A stretch of 64,000 nt of DNA from Azolla caroliniana (taxonomy: Eukaryota > Plantae > Polypodiophyta). The notes beneath the pieces were generated by a model. That model saw only the letters and a list, made by a program, of their open reading frames with translations. It was not told the DNA's origin and did not search any database. Below are positions 35,954 through 48,411 of this stretch, piece after piece. Made by a program: the position numbers and the translations under genes. Position 1 is the stretch's first letter. Each line of letters starts with the position of its first letter. The DNA lies in NCBI GenBank assembly GCA_043228905.1, contig JBHGNT010000003.1, forward strand, positions 9,300,001 through 9,364,000, read 5' to 3'.

Positions 35954-38900
35954 TAACCTAATTAAAAGGCATGTCGTCTAGGTTAGAAAAGTGGGGCATT
36001 TTGCGAAGTGAACTCCGAACCTCTCACAGTTAAAGAAATAATCATGGGACTAGACCAAATGCCCTTGTCAATATCATAACTATGTTCAAATTCAAACTCG
36101 TGATTTTTTGAAAACTAAAATGAAAGACCTATTGTTGTGTTTCGACAACCAAACTCAAACACCTTTCGTCGAGGTTAGTAAACTAGGTTTGAAAACTAAA
36201 ATCAAAGACCTATTGTTATGTTTTTACAACCAAATTCAAACACCTCTCATCGAGGTTAGTAAAGTTGGGGCATTTCAAGATTTGCACCGGGGACCTCTCG
36301 TATCCAAAGCGAGAATCATGCTACTAGACTAAATGCCCTCATTAACACTATAAGTACATTCAAAATCATAAATTATTCACATTTTGACAATTGAACTCAA
36401 ACTCCTCTTATAGAGGTAATTGAAGTGGGCTATTCCAAGAATTAATCTTGTGACCCTAAGCAAGAATCATGCCACTAGACCTAATTAAAAGGTGCACCGT
36501 CGAGGTTACAAAAGTGGGGCATTTTGAGAAGTGAACTCCGGGCCTCTCACACATAAAGAAAGAATCATGCTACTAGACCAAATGCCCTTGTCAATATTAT
36601 AACTATGTTCAAATTCAATTAGTCGTCTTTGAAAACTGAAATCAAAGACCTATTGTTGTGTTTTGATAACCAAAGTCAAACACCTCTCGTCGTCGAGGTT
36701 AGTAAAGTTGGTTTGAAAACTGAAATCAAAGACCTACTGTTGTGTTTTGATATCCAAAGTCAAATGCCTCTCATCGTCGAGGTTAGTAAAGTTGGTTTGA
36801 AAACTAAAATCAAAGACCTATTGTTATGTTTTTACGACACCTCTCGTTGAGGTTAGTAATGTTGGGGCATTTCGAGATTTGACCCTAGAACTTGTTGCAC
36901 CCAAAGCGAGAATCATGCCACTAGGCCAAATGCCCTTGATTTGTTTTGTTTAAAAATTGAACTCAAACGCCTCTCATGGAGGTTAGGAAAGTTGGGGCAT
37001 TCCGAATTGAACTGGGGACCTCTCACACCCAAATCAAGAATCATGCAACTAGACCAAATGCCCTTGTTAACGTCAAACATCCCTCGTTGAGGTTAGGAAT
37101 GTGGGGCCATTCCAAGAATTCAACTCGGGACCTCTCGCACCCGCAACGAGAATCATGCCACTAGACCAAATAACCTCGTTAACACTATAAGTATGTTCAA
37201 AATCATAAATTATTCACATTTTTGACAACTGAACTCAAACTCCTTTGATAGAGGTAATTGAAGTGGGGCATTGTAAGAATCGAATCTGGGATCCTAAGAG
37301 AGAATCATGCTACTAGACCAAATGCCCTTTCAATGTTAAATGTAATAAATTAGTCATGTTTTGATAACCTAACTAATAGGCTTGTCCTCGAGGTTAGAAA
37401 AGTCGGGCATTTTGAGAAATGAACTTTGGGCCTCTCACACTTGAAGAAAGAATCATGCCACTAAACCAAATGCCCTTGTCAATATTATAACTATGTTCAA
37501 ATTTAAACTAGTCGTTTTTTGAAAACTAAAATCAAAGATCTATTGTTGTGTTTTGATAACCAAACTCAAACGCCTCTTGTCGAGGTTAGTAAAGTTCGTT
37601 TGGAAACTGAAATCAAAGACCTATTGTTATGTTTTTACAAACAAACTCAAACACCTCTCATCAAGGTTAGTAAAGATGAGGCATTTCGAGAATGGAACCC
37701 GAGACCTCTCGCACCCGAATCAAGAATCTTGCCACGAGACCAAATGTCCTTGTAAACCGACAACTTCATTTTGAGTTCGAATTCAAACCCCTCTCATCGA
37801 GGTTAGGAAAGTGGGGCATTCTGAGAATTGAACTTGGGACCTCTCGCACCCGAAGCAAGAATCGTGCCACGAGACCAAATGCCCTTGTTAACCTATAACT
37901 TCATTTTAAGTTCGAATTCAAACGCCTCTTGTCGAGGTTAGGAAATTAGGGGCATTCCGAGCATTGAACTCGGAGGGACCTCTTGCACCGAAAGCGAGAA
38001 TCATGCCACTAGACCATATGCCCTTGTTAACCGAGAATTTTGTTTTGAGTTCGTCTCGAGGTTAGGAAAGTGGGGGCATTCTGAGAATTGAACTCAGGTC
38101 CTCCCGCACCCGAAGCGAGAATCATGCCAGTAGATGAAATACCCTCGTTAACATACAACTTTGTTTTGAGTTCGAACTCAAACGCATCTCATCGATATTA
38201 GGAACGTGATATAACTCGGGACCTCACACACCCGAAGCGAGAATGATGCCAATAAACCAAATGCCCTCATTTACCTACAACTTTATTTTCAGTTCGAATT
38301 CAAAAAAGCCTCTCGTCAAGGTTAGGAACATGGGGGCATTCCGAGAATTGAACTCAGGACCTCTCACACCCTAAGCGAGAATCATGCTACTAGACCAAAT
38401 GCCCTCGTTAACCTACAACGATTCATTTTGATTTCGAATTCAAATGCCTCTCATTGAGGTTAGGAACGTGGGGTATTCCGAGACAGGACCTCTCGCACCC
38501 AAAACAAGAATCATGCCACTAGACTAAATGCCTTCTTTTGACAATTGAACTCAAACTTCTCTCATAGAGGTAACTGAAGTGGGGCATTCCAAGAATTGAA
38601 CTTGGGACCCTAATCGAGAATCATGCCACTAGATCATTCAATGTTAAAAGTCCTAAATTAGTCATGTTTTGATAACCTAATGAAAAGGCATGTTGTTGAG
38701 GTTAGAAAACTGGGGCACTTTGTGAAGTGAACTCCGGACCTCTCACACTTGAAGAAAGAATCATGCCACTAGACCAAATGCCCTGTCAATATTATAATTA
38801 TGTTCAAATTCAAACTAGTAGTTTTTTGAAAATTGAAATCCAAGACCTATTGTTGTGTTTTGACAACCAAACTCAAACGCCTCTTGTCGAGGTTTGTAAA

Positions 38901-39216
38901 GGGTGTTTGAAAACTGAAATCAAAGACCTATTGTTATGTTCTTACAACCAAACCCAAACGCCTCTCATCGAGGTTAGTAAAGATGGGGCATTTCGGGAAT
39001 TAAACCTGGGACCTGTCGCACCCAAAGCGAGAATCATGCCACTAGATCAAATGCCCTTGTAAATCTATGAGTTTGTTTTTTCTTAAAATTAAACTCAAAC
39101 GCCTCTCGTTGAGGTTAGGAACGTGGGGGCATTCCGAGAAGTAAACTTAGGACCTCTCGCACCGAAACTGAGAATCATGCCACTAGACCAAATGCCCTTG
39201 TCAAGGTACAACTTCG
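35954..39216 (-). repeat. tRNA-Pro tandem array, block 2 (~20 units plus ~78-81-bp spacer repeats)
   Basis: Same tRNA-Pro unit; extra GAAAACTGAAATCAAAGACCTATTGTT...GAGGTTAGTAAAG repeats. Confidence 0.92.
38333..38404 (-). tRNA. tRNA-Pro(AGG), near-intact but with the D-loop GG mutated (possible pseudogene)
   Basis: 72 nt, anticodon loop TTAGGGT, stems pair with G-U wobbles; AGTAGC replaces AGTGGC. Confidence 0.5.
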
Positions 39217-40130
39217 ACAAATGAACAAGAAAGTATGAATCTCCCTTTTTTCCAATATTCTGTGGCCTATGGGAGACGCTTCCAGTTTCAACAACATTGC
39301 GTAAGTCCTGCTACACAAAAGCATTGGGAGCCAGGTGCAAAATCGGCTCAATATCTAACGGCTTATTGGAAACATGTATGGGCTTTACCAGGTCTACAGA
39401 GAGCCTTTTCTTTTAAGTGGTTATTACTTCATTATGCTTTACCTGTAGGTTTTCATCTAAAAGGATAGGTTGATGATCGTCACTATGTGGTTTGCCAATT
39501 ACAAGAGGAGACTTTGAAACATTTTTTCTGGACTTGTATTATAACTCGAAATTATGGGGCAAGAATATTGAGGATGTTTTCGTGTAATTATTAAGGAGCG
39601 ATTTTTACATGGGGGGTTGTTTTTGGGGGTCTTTGGATCTGTAGGTGGATATGTATGAAGGGGAACAAGGTGCGGAAGCATTGCGTGTATCGGAGAATAG
39701 AATTCAAGCGGTTTTCTCGAACATTGCGGGTGGTAAATATTTTAAAAAGTGTTTTGTTTGGAATATTGTTTCGATTAATGCTTTATGGGTGTGGTGGAAG
39801 TGTCGGTGTAGCAAGAAATATGAAGGTATCAAGTATAATGTGGTGGATATGATAAAGATTTTCTGGGACAACTTGATACACACAATTAAGGGAGAGGGTG
39901 ATAATATCCAAGGAACAACAAAAAAGGTGCAGAAGAAAAGAAGGAAAATTCGCCAAATATGGTGGCCAATACCTCTATGGCTGTATGGGACACATGAAAA
40001 TAGTTGGAATTATGAGCCCTCACGATGGTTGTTTCTTCCGCCTAGTCCTTTCTTATTTCATTCTTACGTTGGGATGAAATATACTTTCTTCACATGAGAA
40101 CATAACTTTTTGAATTTTTTTATGTTTGAA
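39217..40130 (+). mobile_element. Second 5'-truncated L1/Tx1-type LINE fragment; 3' boundary uncertain
   Basis: YWKHVWALPGLQRAFSFKWLLLHYALPVG...ETLKHFFWTC...LWVWWKCRC; homologous to but diverged from 27225-28014. Confidence 0.75.
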
Positions 40131-40870
40131 AAGCAAGTTGATATGTTGGGGTTCATCGGCGATAGTAAGATGATTGATGTGGATTGAAGGAAGTTCATTT
40201 TCTGGTTTTTTGTTAGGATGAGTGATGTCGTTGTAGGGGCTGAAGCTAATATCATGAGAAGGTGAGGAACTTTTTAGACTCATTTTTTGTTGTCTGTACA
40301 GGATGTTAATGATAATCGGCGATATGGCAAGATGGTCAGCCAGATGGTAATGAGGATTGAATGAAGATGATTTTATGTTGTTCATTAGGATGAGTGATGA
40401 TGAAGGTAGAGATCAAAGCATATTGTCATGATGAGATGATGATTAATGATGGTGTGGAGGCCGAAGCAGTCTAGACTCATTTTGTTGTTATTGGTAAAGG
40501 AATTTGGTGGTAATTGGTGAGATGGTTGATGTGGACTAAAGGAAGAAACTTTTCTCTATGATAAGGATGAGCAAAGATGGTGGGGGGGTCGATGCTAACT
40601 AATATGAGTAGGTGAGGAAATTTTTAGACTCATTTTTTGCTGTCAGTATAGGATGTTGGTGGGCATCGGCAAGATGGCAAGATGGTCGGCGAGATCCACA
40701 TGTTGATGTGGACTAAATGAAGAAGATTTTAGGTTTCTCATTATGATGAGTGATGATGGTGTGGCAGTAGGGATTGAAGCATAGTAACATGATGAGAGGA
40801 TGAGTGATGATGGTGTGGGGGCCGAAGCAGATCATGAGGAGGGAGGAAAGAGTCTAGATTCATTTTGTTG
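40130..40870. repeat. Degenerate direct repeats (GATGAGTGATGATGG / TAGACTCATTTTTTG units)
   Basis: 40150-40500 and 40520-40870 are similar to each other at a ~360-bp period. Confidence 0.55.
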
Positions 40871-41009
40871 ATTCGTGCATCCTGGGTTCTGCATACTTGG
40901 AAATTGCTGCCCAGAACAAACTTGATGGGATGTGTATCACGAGGAGTAAATTGGTCTTCTCAGAGACCCTTGATGTGCCCACAAGAAGGATGCTCTCAAC
41001 ATTAGTGTT

Positions 41010-42930
41010 GGATGCTCTTCAAATCGGCTCAGCCTTGGTTGATATGTATGCTAAATGTGGTATGCTTGCAAAATCAAAACAAGTGCTTGAAGAGCTTCCT
41101 ATTCGAAATGAAGTCTCTTGGTCTTCACTAATTGCTGGATATGCCCAACAATGCCGAGGCTACGAAGCATTGAAATGCTTTGAAAGGATGAGATATGAGG
41201 ATTATCTTGTCGATGCAATCACCTTCATTTGCATCATGAAAGCTTGTGGTACCATAGGAGCTATTGACGAGGGCAAAGAGATTTATAATGAGACTGTGAG
41301 TAGACACTTGATAAATATGAATATCATTCTTGGCATAGCTTTAGTAGATATGTATGTTAGATGTGGTCTCTTTAACGAAGCACAATATGTTCTTGATGTG
41401 CTTCCTATTCGAAATGAAGTGTCGTGGTCACCACTAATCGAAGGCTATACACAGAATGGGAAAGATCACGAAGCACTGAGTTGCTTAGAACAGATCGGAC
41501 CTGGGGGAATTTCTCCTAATGCAATAACATTCATTTCCAATGATCCTAAAAGCATGTGGCAGCGCTGGAGCAATAAATGAAGGCATCAAGATTCATGATG
41601 AGATTGAGACAAGGAGGGACTTGTTAGAGAACAATATTGTGCTTGGCATTGTGCTTGTGGATATGTATGTGAAATGTGAGATTTTTTCTACGAACTCCTT
41701 TGCTGGCTTTTTTCTAGAGGTTGGAATATGCATCTTGCTGATTTGGAGAATGAGAGGCTCACGAAGTGCTCAAAGGGCATCTTGTCCAAGATGTAGTCTC
41801 TTGGTCTACATTAATTTCAGGACATACACAATAACAGCAAGATCTCGAAGCACTAAAGTGTTTTGAATGTCTGCCAAGTGAGGGCCTTTTTCCTGTTGTG
41901 ATCTCATTCATTTGCATTTTGAAGGCTTGTGTAAACATTGAAGCTCTATACAAGGGTAAACAAATGCATAATATGATTCTCAGCTCAAGGTTGCTGAAAA
42001 ATGACTTTATGCTTGTTTATACCTTAGTGAATATGTATGCCAAATGTGGAGAGTTTGTAAATCTCAAAAAGTTCTTTAAGAGCTTCCTATTCGAGATATA
42101 GTCTCTTGGAATCCACTTATTGGTTTAAAGGCTTGTGGAAACATAGGAGCTCTATACAAGGGTAAACAAATGCATAATATGATTCTCAGGTCAAGGTTGC
42201 TGAAAAATGATTTTATGCTTGGAAATACTTTATTGAATATATATGCCAAATGTGGAGAGTTTGTAAAATTTCAGAAAGAGCTTCAAGAGCTTCCTATTCG
42301 AGATATATTCTCTTGGAATGCACTTATTGGTGAGTATGCTAAGTAGGGTCAAGGCCACAAAGTTGGATCGTTTTAAACATATTTAGAATGATGGCATTTC
42401 CCCAGATACTATCATATATTTTTTGTTTCTTTGCAAAAGCACAAGAGGATATGTAGAGAACGACCAAGATAAAGAATCGTTGAATTATGTTCAGTTTATG
42501 CAATATCAAGGTAATGTGGAACTGGGTTTTGTGAAGAAACTCTTAATTTTGTGGTGCATCTGCAAATGGAGGGGTTTAATATGATGACATTTTCTAGTAT
42601 ATTGAAAGCATGTGGCAACATGGGAGATACACAGAAAGGGAACAACTTCCATGTTCAAATGTCCTCGCAAAACATGGAGGTCATAGAAACAAGTGCCCTT
42701 ATTGAGAAGTACGCTTGAAGCTTAACAAGTCTTTGCCATAAGACAAGCAAGAAGTTTTTCTAAATGGTCTAGTTTAAGTTCGAGATATACTTGAAATGTA
42801 GAAACTGTGCATAAAACATTTAGCACAATTATGGTTTCAAATATCATCTCATGGAATGCACTCAAAAGAGGCTATAGAGACTATAGATATGCCAAGGAGG
42901 TCTTGTATTAGTTTTGAACATATGCAAGAC
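41010..42930 (+). pseudogene. PLS-class pentatricopeptide-repeat (PPR) pseudogene
   Basis: Repeated ALVDMYAKCG...VLEELPIRNEVSWSSLIAGYAQ...AITFICIMKACG motifs with many frameshifts; ~200-bp internal duplication near 41920-42330. Confidence 0.88.
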
Positions 42931-43002
42931 AATATATGTATATTGTTTCCTTTAATTGTAATACCAATGGAGGATATTTTTATGGAAAAAAACTAAATTG
43001 TA

Positions 43003-46000
43003 CTCTGGACCTCTCGCACCCAAAGCGAGAATCATGCAACTAGACCAACTGCCCTTGTTAACCTACAACTTCGTTCTGAGTTTGAACGCAAACACCTATC
43101 ATCGAGGTTAGGAACATGGGGCATTCTGAAAATTGAACTCAGGACCTCTCGCACCCAAAACGCGAACCATGCCACTATACCAAATGACCTCATTAACAAT
43201 ATAATGATGTTCAAAATCATAAATTAATTACATTTTGACAACTGAACTCAAACTCATCTCATAGAGGTAGCTGAATTGGGGCATTCAAAGAATTGAACTT
43301 GGGATCCTAAGCAAGAATCAAGCCACTAGACCATTCAATGTTAAAATTCCTAAATTAGTCATGTTTTCATAACCTAACTAAAAGTCCTGTCGTCGAGGTT
43401 AGAAATGTGGGGCATTTTGAGAAGTGAATTCCGAACCTGTCACACTTGAAAAAAATCATGCCACTATGTTCAAATTGAAATCACAAACCTATTGTTATGT
43501 TTTTACATCCAAACCCAAACGCCTCTCGTTGAGATTAGTAAAGTTGGTTTGAAAACTGAAATCAAAGACCTATTGTTATGTTTTTACAACCAAACTCAAC
43601 CACCTCTCGTCAAGGTTAGTAAAATTGGGACATTTCGAAAATTGAACCATGCCACTAGACCAAATGGCGTTTTAAATCTATGAACTCATGACCTGTCGCA
43701 CCTAGAGCGATAATCATGCCGCTAGACCAAATGCCCTCATTAACACTATATGTTCAAAATCATAAATTATTCACATTTTGACAACTGAACTCAAACTCCT
43801 CTCATAGAGGTAACTTAAGTGGGGCATTCCAACAAGAATTGAACTTGGGACCTGAAGTGAAAATCACGCCGCTAGACAAAATGCCCTTTCAATGTTAAAA
43901 GTGCTAAATTAGTCATGTTTTGATAACCTAACTAAAACGTCTGTCATCGAGGTTAGAAAAGTGGGGCATTTTGAGAAGTGAATTCCGGGCCTGTCACACT
44001 GGAAGAAAGAAATCATGCCACTATGTTTAAATTCAAACTAGTCGTTTTTTAAAAACTGTAATAAAAAACCTATGGCTATATTTTTACAACCAAACTCAAA
44101 TGCCTCTCGTCGAGGTTAGTAAAGTTGGTTTGAAAACTGAAATCAAAGACCTATTGTTATTTTTTTACAAACAAACTCAACCACCTCTCGTTGAGGTTAG
44201 TAAAGTTGCGGTTAGTAAAGTTGGGGCATTATTTTAGAATTGAACCCAAAGCGAGAATCATGCCACTAGACCAAATAGCCTTGTCACTCTATGAATTTGC
44301 TTTCTTCATTCACAGATCTGAAATCAAACGCCTCTCATCGAGGTTAGGCATTCCGAAAATTGAACTTGGGACCTCTCCCACCCAAAGCGAGAATCCTACC
44401 ATGAGAGCAAATGCCCTTGTTAACCTACAACATCGTTTTGAGTTCGAATTCAAACGAACTCTCGTCAAGGTTAGGAACGTGGGGGCATTCCTAGAAGTGA
44501 ACTCCGGACCTCTCGCACTAAAAGCGAGAATCATGCCATTACACCAAATGAACTCGATCTCCTCTCATAGAGGTAACAGAAGTGGGGCATTCCAAGAATT
44601 GAACTTGGGACTCTAAGCGAGAATCATGCCACTAGACCAAATACCCATTCAATGTTAAAAGTGCTAAATTAGTCATGTTTTGATAACATAACTAAAAGGC
44701 TTGTCATCGAGGATAGAAAAGTGGGGCATTTTGAGAAGTGAACTCCGGACCTCTCACAATCGAAGAAAGAATGATGCCACTAGACCAAATGCCCTTGTCA
44801 AAATTATAACTATGTTCAAATTCAAACTATTGGTTTTGTGAAAATTGAAATCAAAGACCTATTGTTGTGTTTTGACAACCAAACTCAAACACGTCTTGTC
44901 GTTGAGGTTAGTAAAGTTGGTTTGAAATCTGAAATCGAAGACCTATTGTTATGTTTTACAACCAAAGACAAACGCCTCTCATCGAGGTTACTAAAGTTGT
45001 TTGTAAACTAAAATCAAAGACCTATTGTTATGTTTTTACAATAAAAGTCAAACACCTCTCGTCGAGGTTACTAAAGTTGGGGCATTTTGAGAATACAACC
45101 TGGGACCTCTTTTAACCAAAGCGAGAATAATGCCACTAGAAGAAATGCCATTCTAAATCTACGAAATTGTATTTTTTTAAAAGTGAATTGAAATGCCTCT
45201 CATCGAGATTAGGAACGTGGGGGCATTCTGATGATTAAACTGGATACCTTTCGCACCGAAAGCGAGAAACCTGCCACTAGACAAATGCCCCTGTTAACCT
45301 ACAATTTCATTTTGAGTTCGAACTCAAACTCCTCTAGTCGAGGTTAGGAATGTGGGGGCATTCCGAGAATTGAACTCAAACTCCTCTCACACCCAAAGTA
45401 AGAATCATGCGACTAGACCAAAAACCCTTGTTAACCAGCTACATCGCTTTAAGTTCCAATTCAAACGCCTCTCGTCGAGGTTAGGAACATGGGGGCATTC
45501 CAAGAATTGAACTCGGAACCTCTCGCACCCAAAGCGAGAATCATGCCACTAGACGAAATGCCCTCATTAAAAATAGAAGTATGTTCAAACTCATAAATTA
45601 TTCACATTTTGACAACTGAATTCAAACTCTTCCCATAGAGGTAACTGAAGTGGGGCATTCCAAGAATTGAACTTGGGACCCTAAGAGGGTATCATGCCAC
45701 TAGACTATTCAAAGTTTAGAGTGCAAAATTAGTCATGTTTTGATAACGTAACGAAAAGGCATGTCATCCAAGAATTGAACTTGGGACCTTGCGCACCTGA
45801 AGCGATAATCATGCCACTAGACCAAATGCCCTTGTAAACCTACAACTTTATTTTGAGTTCGAATTCAAACGCCTCTCGTCAAGGTTAGGAACCTGCGCAT
45901 TTTCCGAGAATTGATCTCGGGACCTCTCGCACCCAAAGAGAGAATCATGCCACTAGAGGAAATGCCCTTGTTATGGTAAAACCTCGTTCTAAGCTCGAAC

Positions 46001-46400
46001 TCAACGCCTCTAGATGTTACGAACGTGATATAATTCGGGACCTCTCTCACCCAAAGTGAGAATCATGCAACTAGACCAAATACCCTTGTTAACCTACAAC
46101 TTCGTTTTCGAATTCAAACGCTTCTGGTCGAGGTTAGGAACATGGGGGAATTCCGAGAATTGAACTTGCGACCTCGCGCGCCCGAATCGATAATCATACC
46201 ACTAGACCAAATGCCCTTGTAAACCTAAACCTTCATTTTGAGTTCGAATTCAAACGTCTTTAGTCAAGGTTAAGAACGTGGGTGCATTTCGAGAATTGAA
46301 CTCGGGACCTCTCGAACCCAAAGCGAGAATCATGCGACTAGAGGAAATGCCCTTTGTTATGGTACAACTTCGTTGTGAGTTCAAACTCAACGCATCTAAG
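43003..46400 (-). repeat. tRNA-Pro tandem array, block 3 (~23 units)
   Basis: Same unit and spacer classes as blocks 1 and 2. Confidence 0.92.
45492..45563 (-). tRNA. tRNA-Pro(TGG), near-intact
   Basis: 72 nt, anticodon loop TTTGGGT. Differences are position 9 G>C, a variable-loop C>T and one T-stem G-U. Confidence 0.6.
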
Positions 46401-46559
46401 TACGAACTCAACGCCTCTCGACGTTACGATACAATTGTGACTATTCCTCCTCATTTTCAAATGTACCAATCAAATCATTGTCTTCACCAAATGGTGTCTC
46501 CAAATTGTGTGTAGTAAATCTTCTTCACCTTCAATTTGAGATATCTTCTAGACTTGGTA

Positions 46560-46680
46560 ATATCTCTTTTATTATGTATATCATTGTTGTCCTTAAACAT
46601 CCAACTTTTGTCAGGGTAAAGTCATACACAATGATATCCACCTCACTAATGTCAATGATAGATGTATTACAAAGGTTTAA
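46560..46680 (-). pseudogene. Third remnant of the Sola-like transposase C-terminus
   Basis: Translates NTSIIDISEVDIIVYDFTLTKVGCLRTTMIYIIKEIL, matching the 48412-48735 ORF. Confidence 0.72.
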
Positions 46681-48411
46681 TGCATCATCACGTTGTCGTG
46701 TTGTTACACTCTCGCGTGTGAAATAAGGCGGGATTGCGGGGGCCCTGGAGTAGGGAGTGTGAGAGAAAAGAGGGAGAGAGATTCATAGAAATACGGAGAG
46801 ACAAAAACGAAAGAATCAATTCCAATAACAGGGCTTGCAATGTTACAATCGGCAAGCTAGTGACAGACGCAACATAGAAGAACACATGCACTGAAATACA
46901 TAGTGGAGCCTCTACCGGAAGCACACGGGCTTTCACGCAGCAGAGGCAACTAACCTAACCCTTAATCCCTACAGGAGCAACAAGGATAGTGGAGGAGAGA
47001 GCTCGATTCCCAGTCCGACAACATTTCGTTCTCTCAAAAATGCGCGATCCCCGTATCAGTTTTCTCCCCTCCCTTTTATAGGCTGCCGGGAAAGATCGCT
47101 ACACCTTTGGTTACATACATTCATCCTCTATCCCGTCAGACAGAGATACGCTTTGATTACCTAGAAAATTAATGCATACTACCTAGTATATTGACAACTT
47201 AATAAATATTGCGGCCACGCGTAAGGGTCGGCTCCTGCGTCTTTTCCCCCGGTTTCCTCCTATGGCCGGTTTTCTCCACGACATCCACCCCCACCAAACT
47301 GTGCATCCACCGGTATGCGCCGGAGAGGAACAGTTACTGGAGAAACCTGTTCGCCTCTACTCGTCACTCCCCGATTCTTCGTCTGCTCCGAACCGATCGT
47401 CATTGTCGTCCTCGCTCCCTAGGTTCGGCTCATCCTCGTGCCGCTTCTTGAACGCCTTGATTCGCTTCTCGGGTACCGGTACTATTAATCGCGTCTTGTC
47501 GAGCTCCGCAAGATGGTAGGTGCCATTGTCATTCGCGCTCATTACGGTGTAGGGCCCGAACCACCTCCTCGCGAATTTGCACGTCACCTTGTGCTGGTTG
47601 TCAAGGCTGTTGTCGTACACCAACACCTAGTCGCCTTCTTCGATCTTCTTTGGCCGCAACCGGTGTGTTCAGTCGAACCGGCCTTTGTTCCTCTCCCTCG
47701 CCGTTTGTAGCTTCGCCTTTGCCCGCTGCACATCCTCCGTTCTTCGCTCCAGCTATCGAATCCGCACCGCCAACAACTCTTCTTGGCTCATCTCGTGCCT
47801 CCAATCTATCGCCGCCCACGAGGAGATTGTCCGTTCCACCGGCATGACCGGTTTCTGCCCATACATCAGCTCTGCCGGCATGTACCCAGTCACTGAACTA
47901 TGCGTCGTCTGGTCTGCCCGTAGTGCGTAAGGAAGGAGTCGTGGCCAATTCCTGACCTGTCCTCCGCATGCGCGTACTAAAGCCTTCACGATCAGCCCGT
48001 GTCCGCGTTCTACCTTTCCGTTCGCCTCTGAATTGTACACCGTAGTGAGAGAGAGCTTCACCCCTAACCTGTCGAATAGCTCTTAACACCGGGTCATTTG
48101 AAACAGGTAATATGTCACATTTTAAGAACACTACGTCGAAAAAGGGCACAAAACCACGATGTTTACAAAAAGACGTGACACATGCGTAAAGCGTTTCAAA
48201 AAATGTGGCAAAATATATTGAATTTCAACATGACTACCACTTTGAGACATAAGTAAAATGCCTAACAATATACATCGCCAAAATTACAAAAGAATGTACA
48301 CCATGGCTACCAGCTATAATTATACATATTCGTAATATAACATCTAAAAGTAATTTACAAAGTTTCAGATCATGTAGTAAAACGATCCCGAGCTTGAACC
48401 AAGTCAACATT

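Noticed and set aside
36108-44616. Short ORFs such as MKTEIKDLLLCFDNQ... and ...ARIMPLDQMP
   Set aside because: Translations of tRNA-array and spacer repeats, with no coding signal.
24060-46400. Repeat-spacer periodicity resembling a CRISPR array
   Set aside because: The repeats are tRNA genes, the spacers are homologous to each other, there are no cas genes, and the context is eukaryotic.
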